A stretch of 38,235 nucleotides of DNA from Desulfobacteraceae bacterium (lineage in GTDB: Bacteria; Desulfobacterota; Desulfobacteria; Desulfobacterales; JAJDOA01): assembly GCA_022340405.1 (NCBI GenBank), contig JAJDOA010000331.1, positions 1 through 38,235 of the forward strand. Reading direction: 5' to 3'. A program made the position numbers and the translations under genes. This document shows positions 27,486 to 36,796 of this stretch, piece by piece; within the stretch, counting starts at the first letter, position 1; each line of letters opens with the position of its first letter. Under the pieces are notes generated by a model. It was not told where the DNA came from, searched no databases, and saw nothing but the letters and a program-made list of their open reading frames with translations.

Positions 27486-28349
27486 TCAAGGCTGGACGGG
27501 ATTTCGGCCGCCGCGATCGGCCCGGATGCGATTGGCCAGTAACAAGGCGCCGGCCCCGATCATCAGCGCGCACAGCACCTGGCCCATGGAAAAGGAGAAC
27601 AGGACCAAACCGAGGTGAGCGTCCGGCTGGCGGAAATACTCGATGAAAAAACGGACGGTTCCGTACCCAATGAGGTAGATGGGGAGCATCGCTCCCCTGG
27701 GCAGAGAAAACTTGCGAAGCATCCACAGCAGGACAAACAGGACAATACCCTCGAAAAAGGCCTCGTACAGCTGGGATGGATGACGCCGGTCAATTCCGGG
27801 CGCTTGAGGAAAGAACATGCCGATGGGCGCATCGGTGCGCCTGCCGTACAGCTCCCCGTTGATGAAATTGCCGATCCGTCCGAACGTGTACCCCAATGGC
27901 GCGGCCGGTGCGAACAGGTCTCCCACCTGCCAGAAGTCCAGTCGACGGCTTTTCACCGTATACCCTGCGGCCGCGAGGACCCCCAGCAGACCACCATGGT
28001 AGGACATGCCGGAAATACCGGTAAAGGTAAAACCGTTGCTGATGTCGAAGGGTAGAACAATCTCCCACGGATAGCGCAGGAAGTAAGACGGGTTGTAAAA
28101 CAAGACATATCCCAGCCGGGCCCCCACCACCAGGCCCAGAATCATGTTCAGCATCAGATCTCCGGCCTGCTCCACGCTCAGGTCGAACCGGTTTTCGGTT
28201 CGGATCCGATAGCGCACGAGGCCGTAGCAGACAGCGAAAGCCACCAGGTACATCAGACCGTAGTATTGGAGTCGAAACCAGCCGATTTGGAAGATCACCG
28301 GATCGATTCCCTCTGGAAGATGCTGCCACCAGTCCCAGAATGCCTGCAT
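27486..28349 (-). CDS. lgt: Prolipoprotein diacylglyceryl transferase
   Basis: YYGLMY, GARLGY, GMSYHGG, GRIGNFINGELYGR and HPSQLYE. Alternative GTG start at 28358. Confidence 0.97.
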   Translation of the reverse strand: MQAFWDWWQHLPEGIDPVIFQIGWFRLQYYGLMYLVAFAVCYGLVRYRIRTENRFDLSVEQAGDLMLNMILGLVVGARLGYVLFYNPSYFLRYPWEIVLPFDISNGFTFTGISGMSYHGGLLGVLAAAGYTVKSRRLDFWQVGDLFAPAAPLGYTFGRIGNFINGELYGRRTDAPIGMFFPQAPGIDRRHPSQLYEAFFEGIVLFVLLWMLRKFSLPRGAMLPIYLIGYGTVRFFIEYFRQPDAHLGLVLFSFSMGQVLCALMIGAGALLLANRIRADRGGRNPVQP

Positions 28350-28634
28350 CGCCGTCACTTTCGAAGGTGTTTCGTCGATTTATGTTCGATGCGGTATCAC
28401 AACCGCCGTCCCTGCATCCTTTCCCGACAAAAGGAATGCTTGTTTCCGCACCGGATTCCGCCGTTTTCACGATGGGCCGGGTGTTTCCTCGGAAAGCCGG
28501 TGGTGTCGAAGGCCGGTGGTTGCGGCCTCCTGCAGCAGCGGCACACGCGTTCCCCGGGATACGGGATTCGATGAGATCGGGACAACTTACCGGATCGACG
28601 CCTCCCGGGCAAGGAAACCCGCCCTCCGGAAACA

Positions 28635-28763
28635 TAAAGTGGTTGTCAGAAATCCGTTCCGTTTCCCTGATGGTCCTTTTATCGAAATCGGGATCGAGCA
28701 TCGCCGTTGAACAACCGATTTCGAACGCTTGCCAATCGGAACATATTTTTGACAATCGCTATG
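28635..28763. mobile_element. MITE-like element, family C copy 2
   Basis: Imperfect TIRs taaagtggttgtcagaa / tttgacaatcgctatg with sub-terminal gttccg..cggaac. Inverted relative to 1-173 and lacks the REP pair. Confidence 0.65.
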
Positions 28764-28914
28764 AAGCAAACAGTTTACAAAAATGAAATGCACAGACCCC
28801 TTTATTTACAGTTTTGTCAATTTTGAGCCCGTGCCTATCTGCCTTGCGAAATAGGAAAACCCGAAAAGCTTCAAGAATTCAGACTGTTCTGGGCTACTCT
28901 TCAAACAAGCCCCT

Positions 28915-28930
28915 TGGCACGCTTTTTGCT
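28915..28930 (+). promoter_or_regulatory. Sigma-54 (RpoN) -24/-12 promoter
   Basis: TGGCACG-cttt-TTGCT is a consensus match with GG-N10-GC. It sits in a long intergenic region after an AT-rich stretch. Predicted +1 is ~28941. Confidence 0.8.
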
Positions 28931-29203
28931 TTTTCTAAACATGAATCGTTGCCCCGGCTGCGATTTATGCCGGGTGGCCAGGCGGGCAACAACCGTTGGT
29001 TCCGAAACATCGGCAAGGTGTCAACGGATCCTCAACATCGTCACTCCTGCAGGCAAAGGAAAACAAACCCCTGAAACACTCCCCTGAACCAGGGAAAACG
29101 TGACAGAGCGCTAAAGCAACGCCCGGCCGCCCGGCAGACCAAGGTAAACAGCTGGTAACAGAAATCGAAAACAGCTCGTGTTATAGGCAAAAGCGAGGTA
29201 GCC

Positions 29204-29407
29204 ATGGCTGGAACCCCAAAACCTTCGCCGGACGTCGCTCCGACCCGGTCCGCCTCCGTTGTCGTTTGCGGTTGCTGCGGTAAGGAGCTCCCATCGGATC
29301 GGGATCGGATCGAAACCGATGGGCATCGAATCGTCTGCCCCGCCTGTTATCGCGGAGCCGCATTCCCCGATGCCGTTCAAGCCTGTCCGGACCATTGGGC
29401 GGTTTGA
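29204..29407 (+). CDS. Small putative Zn-ribbon protein (67 aa)
   Basis: RBS gaggt, CGCC..(19 aa)..CPAC pairs, and a stop 5 nt before the convergent gene's stop. Confidence 0.65.
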   Translation: MAGTPKPSPDVAPTRSASVVVCGCCGKELPSDRDRIETDGHRIVCPACYRGAAFPDAVQACPDHWAV

Positions 29408-29412
29408 CGATT

Positions 29413-30465
29413 TTATAAATCGCCAAACCAGGGCTTTGCCTGCCCGGCGGTCTCCTCCGGAGGGACAAAGGTGGCCATGTCTCCGAGCATGACCTCGAAT
29501 CCGGTGTGGTCGTTGCGCACCCACGGTGCGTAATTGGAGCGCACCGTAAGCACCGCCCGCAGTTCCAACCGGCTTGCAGAGGACTCACTGGACAGAATGC
29601 CCAGGTTGTAGCCGTTCCGGCACAGCGATCGAAAAAACCGTTGGGCGCTGAGAATGCCTCGGGCCAATTGCTCCAGCTCCGCGTCGGACACATCGGTCAG
29701 GGAAAATCGTCCCGGCAAAATCCCCCAGATCTCGTAGAAGCCTTCCGGGGCAAAGGCCGCCATCCACCCCCAGTCCCCCGACGTCCCGATCCAGCGGCTT
29801 CCGTCGGATCGCTCGTGCTCCATGTAGTCGGAAAACAGCAACCGTCCGGTGTTCCGGTGGTAGGCATCGGCAGCCCCGGTGTAAAACCGATGGTGATTGG
29901 CAGCCACCGTATCGGCATGCACCTGAAGGTGCGGATGCAGCAGAGAGCCACCGGCCGAGGGCAGGTGGTTTTGGGTGATGGCCATGAACACGGCTTCTGG
30001 ATCCATTCTTTTTACAAGCTGCAGGTAGTGCCTGCAGTTGGCCAGGCTGTCGAGATAGGAGGATAACGGTGCGGTTCCGATTTCCGTGAAATGGCGTTCG
30101 TCGAAAAGGCTGACGGCGGAGTGGGACGCATATGGAAACAGGTTGGGAAACAGCACGGAACGGCCTCGGCGAAGTCGGTCTCCGGCATCCAGCCGCGGAT
30201 CCAGACAGGGCGTGCTCTCGGCAAGACGCCCCGGGCAGAAGGGGCAATCGGCGGACGCGGAAGCCTCGGGCGGCGGCGGCGGAAGTGTCTCCGTGCCCGA
30301 CTCCTTTTCTTCCTTCCGGCTGAAGGTGATGCGGCAGGATCTCCCGGTTATCGGGTGGGTGCGGATCTCAACGGGCCGTTCCAGCTTTTCTCCCCCGGGA
30401 CCCCGCAACACCGCCACGACCCTACGGGTGTGAAAGTTTAGGGCTGCGGGCGTCTTCTCGCCCAT
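29413..30465 (-). CDS. GalT-like nucleotidyltransferase (HIT superfamily)
   Basis: CPFC, PNLFPY and AGGSLLHPHLQ (HxHxQ). RBS ggaggt. Confidence 0.88.
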   Translation of the reverse strand: MGEKTPAALNFHTRRVVAVLRGPGGEKLERPVEIRTHPITGRSCRITFSRKEEKESGTETLPPPPPEASASADCPFCPGRLAESTPCLDPRLDAGDRLRRGRSVLFPNLFPYASHSAVSLFDERHFTEIGTAPLSSYLDSLANCRHYLQLVKRMDPEAVFMAITQNHLPSAGGSLLHPHLQVHADTVAANHHRFYTGAADAYHRNTGRLLFSDYMEHERSDGSRWIGTSGDWGWMAAFAPEGFYEIWGILPGRFSLTDVSDAELEQLARGILSAQRFFRSLCRNGYNLGILSSESSASRLELRAVLTVRSNYAPWVRNDHTGFEVMLGDMATFVPPEETAGQAKPWFGDL

Positions 30466-30514
30466 GCACACCTCCCCGTTCTCCATACGGACGCGCTCCG
30501 GCGGTACTGGCCTG

Positions 30515-30970
30515 TTACAGATGCCGGAGAATCCGAAGGATGTGATCGTTTAACCTCTCGAAAACTTGTCGAAAAACTTCCACGGGTGCGCCTACGGGAT
30601 CTTCCACCGGGCTCTTGCGGTTTTCCTTGTTCGGCCATGCTCCCACCAGAAAAATGCGGTCTCGATGCCAGGGGAAAAAGGTTTTGACAAAATCGGCGTG
30701 ACCCTTCTCCATGCAGAGAATCAGCTCCGCCTCGCGGATCTCTTCCCCGATCAACGGCCGGGACTGGTGCCCGGATAGGTCGATTCCATTCTCATTGCAC
30801 ACCTGTTGGGAGAACAACGAAGCGGGCTGTCCCTCCATCGCCTGAATTCCCATGGAAGTGCCGATGAGATCGCCACGCCCGGCAAGTCCGGCGTTGTGGT
30901 TGAAAATCCCCTCGGCCATCGGGGAGCGGCAGATATTGGCGGTGCAGATGAAGACGACGCGGTTGCTCAT
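30515..30970 (-). CDS. Low-molecular-weight protein phosphatase (LMW-PTP family)
   Basis: CTANICRSPMAE P-loop, LILCME and the general acid in EDP. Confidence 0.93.
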   Translation of the reverse strand: MSNRVVFICTANICRSPMAEGIFNHNAGLAGRGDLIGTSMGIQAMEGQPASLFSQQVCNENGIDLSGHQSRPLIGEEIREAELILCMEKGHADFVKTFFPWHRDRIFLVGAWPNKENRKSPVEDPVGAPVEVFRQVFERLNDHILRILRHL

Positions 30971-30972
30971 GG

Positions 30973-31818
30973 TCACTTGATCCTTCGTAATCCGTGGGTT
31001 TGACGAAGCGAGAACAGAAACCGCGACAGCAGGACCCCCTCTGCCGCCTCCGGTGGTAAATCCGGATCTCCGGAGCATTCCCTGCACGACGCCAGCAGTT
31101 GGGCATTGCCGATGGGAAGCCGGAAATCGTTTCGGATGCGGCGGATGAGATCCGGACAGCCGGAACGGCATTCACTGTCGGACATTCGCGCCATGCGCGC
31201 CTTCTCTTTCCAGTCGACGGCAGCGGAAAGAAGCTCCAGGGCCTCATCCACCGTTTGTGGAAGGACCGTGCCGCCTCCTGTCGGCAAGGTCCCATCGACC
31301 CCGGCACCGTAGCGGAAAAGCGACGCCAGATCCATATGCAGCACGGTGCGAAGCAGGTGGACCACGCTCTGGTAGATGCGCGGGTCCTCGCTGTCACGCG
31401 GGCCTGCCACATTGAGAACACCGATGTCATGCTTGCCGATCCATCCGGCGGCTTCCAGGGCCGCTTGAAAGGCCGTGGTTTCGTTCAGGTCGACATGGAG
31501 AAGGGGCTTTCCCATCTCCAAAGCGCAGGTTCGGGTATAGGCCGATCCGCCGGTGAGGGAGCCGTGGGAGGCGATGAGGGTACCATCCGAGTCCCGAACA
31601 TTGTTTCGGGTCCGTTCGGCGTAGTCGGAGGATTCGGTTTCTTGAAGCCGATAGCAGGCATCCAGGGGCCCGCTTTCGGTTCTCCGACCTCGAGGGACCC
31701 AACCACCGTGGTCGATGTCCATCTCGAGGGCCACATCCAAGGCGGCGCGGTCGGCACCGGTCTGCCCTCCGGAGACGATTTTGCGAATCTTCACGTCCGG
31801 TCCGTCCTCTGATGCCAT
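30973..31818 (-). CDS. SLOG-superfamily 'putative molybdenum carrier' protein with C-terminal extension
   Basis: IVSGGQTGADRAAL, HGGWVP.GR, RT..NVRDSDGT, LTGGS and LNVAGPR. Start uncertain (31794-31863). Confidence 0.85.
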   Translation of the reverse strand: MASEDGPDVKIRKIVSGGQTGADRAALDVALEMDIDHGGWVPRGRRTESGPLDACYRLQETESSDYAERTRNNVRDSDGTLIASHGSLTGGSAYTRTCALEMGKPLLHVDLNETTAFQAALEAAGWIGKHDIGVLNVAGPRDSEDPRIYQSVVHLLRTVLHMDLASLFRYGAGVDGTLPTGGGTVLPQTVDEALELLSAAVDWKEKARMARMSDSECRSGCPDLIRRIRNDFRLPIGNAQLLASCRECSGDPDLPPEAAEGVLLSRFLFSLRQTHGLRRIK

Positions 31819-32067
31819 GGCCTCGATAGAGGCCACAGGAAAAAGGGATTCGGTCATTCCCATAGCATCCGCCCCCGGGGAAAGCAACGGCCGCCGCCAT
31901 ACCGGGCACCGGTGCCGGACGCCCCGTGCGCATCCAGAATCCACATGCCCGATCGGCATTCCGGTGCAGCGTTCCGGACAAACAGCCGCCATTTTCCTGA
32001 CTTCGGGAGGCCGGCAAGCCGAGAGGGAGGTGTTGTGATCGGCGTCCGGATCGGATACGATCCGCAC

Positions 32068-33015
32068 ATGGGAGAGACCGGAAACCCCGGGGGCCATTTC
32101 AGCAATGGGCCCGAGCCGCAGACATTTCGTGTCCAAGTGGAGGGCGGAGTCCTGAACGGGCTGGACTGGGGCGGCCAGGGGGAACCGGTACACCTTCTCC
32201 ATGCCAACGGTTTCTGCGCGGGAACCTACGCCCCTTTTGTTCGGCACTTGCTGGATTCCTTCCGTGTATTGGCCAGCGACATCCGAGGCCACGGTGGATC
32301 GGATCCCATCGCTCCGGCACGCATTCGCCACTGGCGCGTCTTTGCCGAAGACCTGCGAGACCTTGTGGTGTCTCGCATGGATCCTCCCGTTGTGGGCATG
32401 GGCCATTCGCTGGGAGCCGTAACAACCCTGATCGCCGCGGCCGCTTATCCGCATCTGTTTTCGGCCCTGGTGCTGATCGAGCCGGTTCTGCTGCCGCGCC
32501 ACCTGCTGCTGATGATGGACGTGCTGCGGATGGTGGGTCTTGCCGGATGGATGCCGCTGGCGAAAAAGGCCCGACGCCGAAAGAGATCCTTTCGCAGCCG
32601 GGCGGAAGCGTTCCGCCGCTTTGCCTCGGGACGGGGCCTGTTCAAGACCTGGTCCCCCGAATTCATCGACGCTTATTTGTCTTGCGGGCTCTTGGAAAAG
32701 GACGACGAAACGGCCGTGCTTCGATGCGACCCCGAAACCGAAGCACGGATCTTTGAATCCGTTCCATCGGACGTTTGGCGTACGGTCGGGCAGGTGCGCT
32801 GTCCGATACTGGCGCTTAGGGGAGAGCATTCGAAGGCCTTCCGAAAAGAGGCGGCCGAACAGTTGCAGCGTTTGGCGATCCACTGCCAATACCGTACGGT
32901 GCCCGCCAGCGGGCATTTCATTCCAATGGAGCAGCCCGAGGCCTGCGCAGCGGCCATCGTAGAGTGGATGGAGAAAAACCGGAGGAAAGAACCAAAAAAG
33001 GAAATAGAAAGATGA
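32068..33015 (+). CDS. Alpha/beta hydrolase
   Basis: HANG oxyanion region, D.RGHG.S, nucleophile GHSLG and catalytic His in GHFIPME. Confidence 0.92.
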   Translation: MGETGNPGGHFSNGPEPQTFRVQVEGGVLNGLDWGGQGEPVHLLHANGFCAGTYAPFVRHLLDSFRVLASDIRGHGGSDPIAPARIRHWRVFAEDLRDLVVSRMDPPVVGMGHSLGAVTTLIAAAAYPHLFSALVLIEPVLLPRHLLLMMDVLRMVGLAGWMPLAKKARRRKRSFRSRAEAFRRFASGRGLFKTWSPEFIDAYLSCGLLEKDDETAVLRCDPETEARIFESVPSDVWRTVGQVRCPILALRGEHSKAFRKEAAEQLQRLAIHCQYRTVPASGHFIPMEQPEACAAAIVEWMEKNRRKEPKKEIER

Positions 33016-33533
33016 TCCTGAGCTACAACGGGAAAAACCCCCGCATCGGAAAGGACGTCTACATCGCCCCCACGGCGGTGGTGATCGGTGACGTGCACAT
33101 TGCCGACGGTGCAAGCGTCTGGTTCGGGGCGGTCGTTCGGGGAGATATGGACGCCATCCGCATTGGAAAGAACACCAACATCCAGGACAATTGCGTGTTG
33201 CACGTCGACGAGGGCTTTCCGGCGTTCATCGGCGACAACGTGACGGTGGGCCACCATGCCGTGGTGCACGGGTGTACAGTGGAAAACCGCTGTCTGATCG
33301 GCATCAATTCCGTGGTGCTCAACGGTGCGCGGATTCGGGAGGGCTCCGTGGTGGCTGCCGGATCGGTGGTGCGCCAGGGACAAGTGTGCGGACCGTGGGA
33401 GCTGGTCGCGGGCATTCCGGCCGGTTTCAAAAAGAAGCTGCCCGAGACGGCTCCCGAGGACATTCCCCAATCCGTAAAAAACTACCTGAGCGCTTCCGTC
33501 GCATACCGGGAAGTCGCCGGCGAGGGCCATTGA
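33012..33533 (+). CDS. Gamma-carbonic anhydrase family hexapeptide-repeat protein (YrdA/CaiE-like)
   Basis: VVRGD, NIQDNCVLH and TVGHHAVVHGC. ATGA overlap with the hydrolase. Confidence 0.93.
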   Translation: MILSYNGKNPRIGKDVYIAPTAVVIGDVHIADGASVWFGAVVRGDMDAIRIGKNTNIQDNCVLHVDEGFPAFIGDNVTVGHHAVVHGCTVENRCLIGINSVVLNGARIREGSVVAAGSVVRQGQVCGPWELVAGIPAGFKKKLPETAPEDIPQSVKNYLSASVAYREVAGEGH

Positions 33534-33743
33534 TGCCCGGTGAAGCCGTTGGTCGGGTTGGCCCGGCGGATGGGGCCGACGGGCCGGCCACATGGATTCG
33601 ACGGGGACGGCTGGCGGCGGCGAATGCCTGCGGAAGCGGCGTCACCGGCCCCCGGCGAACCCTGCAGTGTACGTCTTTACTTGGGTGGGGCGCTTTGGTA
33701 CAAAACAAGAGACCATCGTTTCCTTCGCAGAGGGAGCCGAACG

Positions 33744-34868
33744 ATGAAATCTCCAGAGGGTCCATCGGACCCGGTCACCCCCCAGCAACGGAGCCGTCGC
33801 CGAAGTGACCGGCTGGAAGACCGGTTGCGGGAATGCGAGGAGCGCTTCCAGAATCTTACCGAACACGCCAAGGCAGGAATCTGCATCATACAGCGGCGCG
33901 TGATCCTTTACGCCAATCCGCGGCTTGCCGATATCTTCGGATACGAAGCCGGGCATATGGAGGGAAGGCCCTTTACGGATTTCGTCCATTCCGACGCCCT
34001 GCCCGACGTGGAAGAAAACTACCGGCGGTTCAACAGCGCCGAAGCCTACGATCAGGCGTTCGAGACGGAAGGCCTGCACGTCAGCGGCCGCAAAATCGAT
34101 ATCGAGGTGCACCTGACCATGACCCGGATGAACGGCGTCCGTTCGGGATTGGTGCTGCTTTACGACGTCACGGCTCGCAAGCGTGCCGAGGCCCACATCC
34201 ACCTGCTTACCCAGCAGTTGATCAGCGCTCAGGAGAACGAAAGAGCCCGAATTTCCAGGGAGCTCCACGACCGTGTCGCCCAGGATCTGTCCAGTCTCAA
34301 AATCGCAGTGGAAACCATCTTCGAAGACAACTGCCCGGTTCCGTCAACTGCTGCGGGACGGGTCCAGGAGATCTCCCGGATGCTTCAGGATATGATCGCC
34401 ACGGTGCGGGATCTGGCCTACGACCTGCGCCCGCCGGGTCTGGATAAAATCGGCCTGGTTCGCACCGCCTTTCAATATTGTGAGGATTTCCAGAAAAGGA
34501 GCGGCATACGGCTGGATTTCCACTCCGCCGGCATGGGAGATCTGTCTCTGGATTTCGACACGATAATTCATCTCTACCGTTTGCTGCAGGAGGCGCTGCG
34601 AAACGTGGAGAAGCACGCCCGGGCCAGTCACGTGACTGTCCGGATGGTGGCCTCGTCGCCCAATGTCGTTTTGCGCATTGCCGACAACGGGGACGGTTTC
34701 GAGGTGGAGCAGCGGCTGGCCGCCGCGTTCGGGGAAAAACGAATGGGCCTGCGCAGCATGGAGGAACGCACCCGGCTCATCGGGGGAAAATTGGACATCG
34801 TGTCCCGCAAGGGGCTGGGCACCCGGGTTCTCATCGAAGCGCCCTGCCGGAAGGAAGCGAAGACATGA
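33744..34868 (+). CDS. Cytoplasmic PAS sensor histidine kinase (HisKA_3 type)
   Basis: One PAS domain, ERARISRELHD, LRPP.LD, QEALRNVEKHA, DNGDGF and GLRSM.ER; no TM segment. Confidence 0.93.
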   Translation: MKSPEGPSDPVTPQQRSRRRSDRLEDRLRECEERFQNLTEHAKAGICIIQRRVILYANPRLADIFGYEAGHMEGRPFTDFVHSDALPDVEENYRRFNSAEAYDQAFETEGLHVSGRKIDIEVHLTMTRMNGVRSGLVLLYDVTARKRAEAHIHLLTQQLISAQENERARISRELHDRVAQDLSSLKIAVETIFEDNCPVPSTAAGRVQEISRMLQDMIATVRDLAYDLRPPGLDKIGLVRTAFQYCEDFQKRSGIRLDFHSAGMGDLSLDFDTIIHLYRLLQEALRNVEKHARASHVTVRMVASSPNVVLRIADNGDGFEVEQRLAAAFGEKRMGLRSMEERTRLIGGKLDIVSRKGLGTRVLIEAPCRKEAKT

Positions 34869-35545
34869 AGGCTCCAAAACGAATTTTGATCGTGGAAGAC
34901 CACCCGTTGTTCCGGGAAGGACTGAAATCCATCATCGCTCGAGACGAACGATTCGAACTGGTGGCGGAAGCGGGAACGGGCCGGGAAGGCCTGGTGCAGG
35001 CGAAAAAGAAGAGGCCGGACGTCATCACCGTGGACATTTCCCTTCCGGATCGCAACGGCATTGAAGTCGTCCGCGAACTTCGGCAACGGCTGCCGGAATC
35101 CCGGATCCTGATCATCAGTATGCACTCCAAAATCGACTATATCGTTCAGGCATTTCAAGCCGGCGCCATTGGGTTTATCGCCAAGGAATCCGCATCGGAG
35201 AGGCTGCTGCAGGGGCTCCACGCGGTGGCCAAAGGGGATTATTTTCTCGACACTTCCGTGTCGCAGGAAGTGGTAGCCAGACTGATGGCCTCTCCGGGAA
35301 AAGGCGCCGAACTGGATGATCCGGAATACGCCTCCCTCACTCCTCGCGAGCAGGAAGTTTTGCGCCTGCTGGCCGAAGGCTTCAGCGTCCGGGAGGCTTC
35401 CGAAAAGCTGTTCATCAGCCCGAAAACCGTGGAAAACCACCGCAGCAACATCATGAGAAAGCTCGACTTGCACAGCACCTTCGAATTGGTGCGCTATGCC
35501 GCTCGTCTCGGTCTCATCGACGTGGATCTGTGGAAAAGCGGATAG
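34865..35545 (+). CDS. NarL/LuxR-family response regulator
   Basis: REC domain (VEDH, VDISLP) and LuxR HTH (LTPREQEVL..LFISPKTVENHRSNIMRKL). ATGA overlap with the kinase. Confidence 0.95.
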   Translation: MKAPKRILIVEDHPLFREGLKSIIARDERFELVAEAGTGREGLVQAKKKRPDVITVDISLPDRNGIEVVRELRQRLPESRILIISMHSKIDYIVQAFQAGAIGFIAKESASERLLQGLHAVAKGDYFLDTSVSQEVVARLMASPGKGAELDDPEYASLTPREQEVLRLLAEGFSVREASEKLFISPKTVENHRSNIMRKLDLHSTFELVRYAARLGLIDVDLWKSG

Positions 35546-35656
35546 CGCCCCGTTGGCACGCCGTCTACAGAAAAGACCTCCGGCAGGGCCTTGTGCCAAA
35601 ACAATCGAGCGGTTCGACAGACAGCCATCCCGCGCTGAACCTTCTGCCACCGGTAT

Positions 35657-35689
35657 GGGAAGTTTTCCCGAAACCAGGGAGTATTTCCC
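35657..35689. promoter_or_regulatory. Two tandem palindromic GGGA-N5-TCCC boxes
   Basis: gggaagttttccc (35657) and gggagtatttccc (35677) lie exactly 20 bp apart. Confidence 0.45.
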
Positions 35690-35842
35690 AGCAAAAATGA
35701 GTCCCGGCTCTCATGGACTTCTGGAACCGGCCCGCCTATACTGTTTACCATCCTGCACTGCAACGCACACTCTTCGACGATCGACTCGCGCACACGCCAT
35801 CGGACGGGAACGCTCACGTAAAGGTTTAGGGAAGCTTTCACC

Positions 35843-36052
35843 ATGGGTCACCGCACAGATCCGCACCGGATCGAGCAGCCGGCGCGGCAGAGGGATCTCA
35901 GGCGACAGATGGCCGAAAGGGAGGACGCCGTCGACATGATCCGCCTGATCCGCAGTATCCAGAAGGGACAAAACCAGACGGACTGCTTCTGTTCGGGGAT
36001 CGCAGACTGCAACAAGCTCCACTGCCCCTGGAGGAAATACTGCCTGGATTGA
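35843..36052 (+). CDS. Small Cys-rich protein (LIRxIQ...CF...C...CxW..C type)
   Basis: LIRSIQKGQNQTDCFCSGIADCNKLHCPWRKYCL resembles deltaproteobacterial microproteins often labelled 'SAP domain-containing' (from recall). True start may be 35909 or 35936. Confidence 0.7.
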   Translation: MGHRTDPHRIEQPARQRDLRRQMAEREDAVDMIRLIRSIQKGQNQTDCFCSGIADCNKLHCPWRKYCLD

Positions 36053-36135
36053 ACTCGGAAGCATCGGCGGCGGGACAGAAATGCATCAGCGGCTCAGCGC
36101 CGCGGCCTGCCGCCGAAAGAAATAAAGGAGGGGCC

Positions 36136-36663
36136 ATGCCCAAATCCGCCGATGCGACCCGTTTGTGTAGCGCTTCGCCTCAAGAGCCGGCAAGGTATAT
36201 TCCATGGGTGTCGAGCGCCGTGCCCACGCCGGAGCTCGAAAAGGACCGTCGAAATTCCCAGCGCTACAGGGTTCAGAAAAGCGCTTTTGCCGTCATTCGA
36301 CCGAAAAGGCATCCTTTCCGGCTCGAGAAAGATATGTTCATGGTGGACGTAGCTCTGGCGGTGTTTCGCTCCCGTCCGGCCAAGCTGGGGCCGATTCTGG
36401 ACATCAGCGCTTCGGGTCTGGCGGTGCAGTGCTTCGAAGGGACCCATCGTGTCCGGCAGGCCCACGTTTTGGACCTCCTGGTGGCTGAAAGCGCGTTTTT
36501 TATCCAGGAGCTGCACTTTACCGTAGTGGCCGATATCCCCTTTCCAGGCGAGCAGGAGTTCAGTCCGCTCCTGAGCCGCCGGCTGTCCATTCGGTTTGAG
36601 CGGATCGGCGACGGACATCGGAGGGAACTCCGCCGGTTCATCGATAACTACACGATACGGTAG
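36136..36663 (+). CDS. PilZ-domain protein
   Basis: RxxxR (RRNSQR) and DxSxxG (DISASG). RBS aaggagg. Confidence 0.85.
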   Translation: MPKSADATRLCSASPQEPARYIPWVSSAVPTPELEKDRRNSQRYRVQKSAFAVIRPKRHPFRLEKDMFMVDVALAVFRSRPAKLGPILDISASGLAVQCFEGTHRVRQAHVLDLLVAESAFFIQELHFTVVADIPFPGEQEFSPLLSRRLSIRFERIGDGHRRELRRFIDNYTIR

Positions 36664-36796
36664 CGTCTGGAGGGAAATCTCCAGGGTGTGGCCGGCGGCA
36701 TGGCAACACCCTGTTGTCGGGGCGGGAGACCGGAGAGGCAGTCCGGTCCCCGCTTCCATGGAAAAGCCTTTTCGGCCCTGTTGGAAGGAGGCCCCC

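Noticed and set aside
31864-33114. N-terminal extension making the SLOG protein 713 aa
   Set aside because: It is antisense to the hydrolase gene, and family similarity starts only near 31800.
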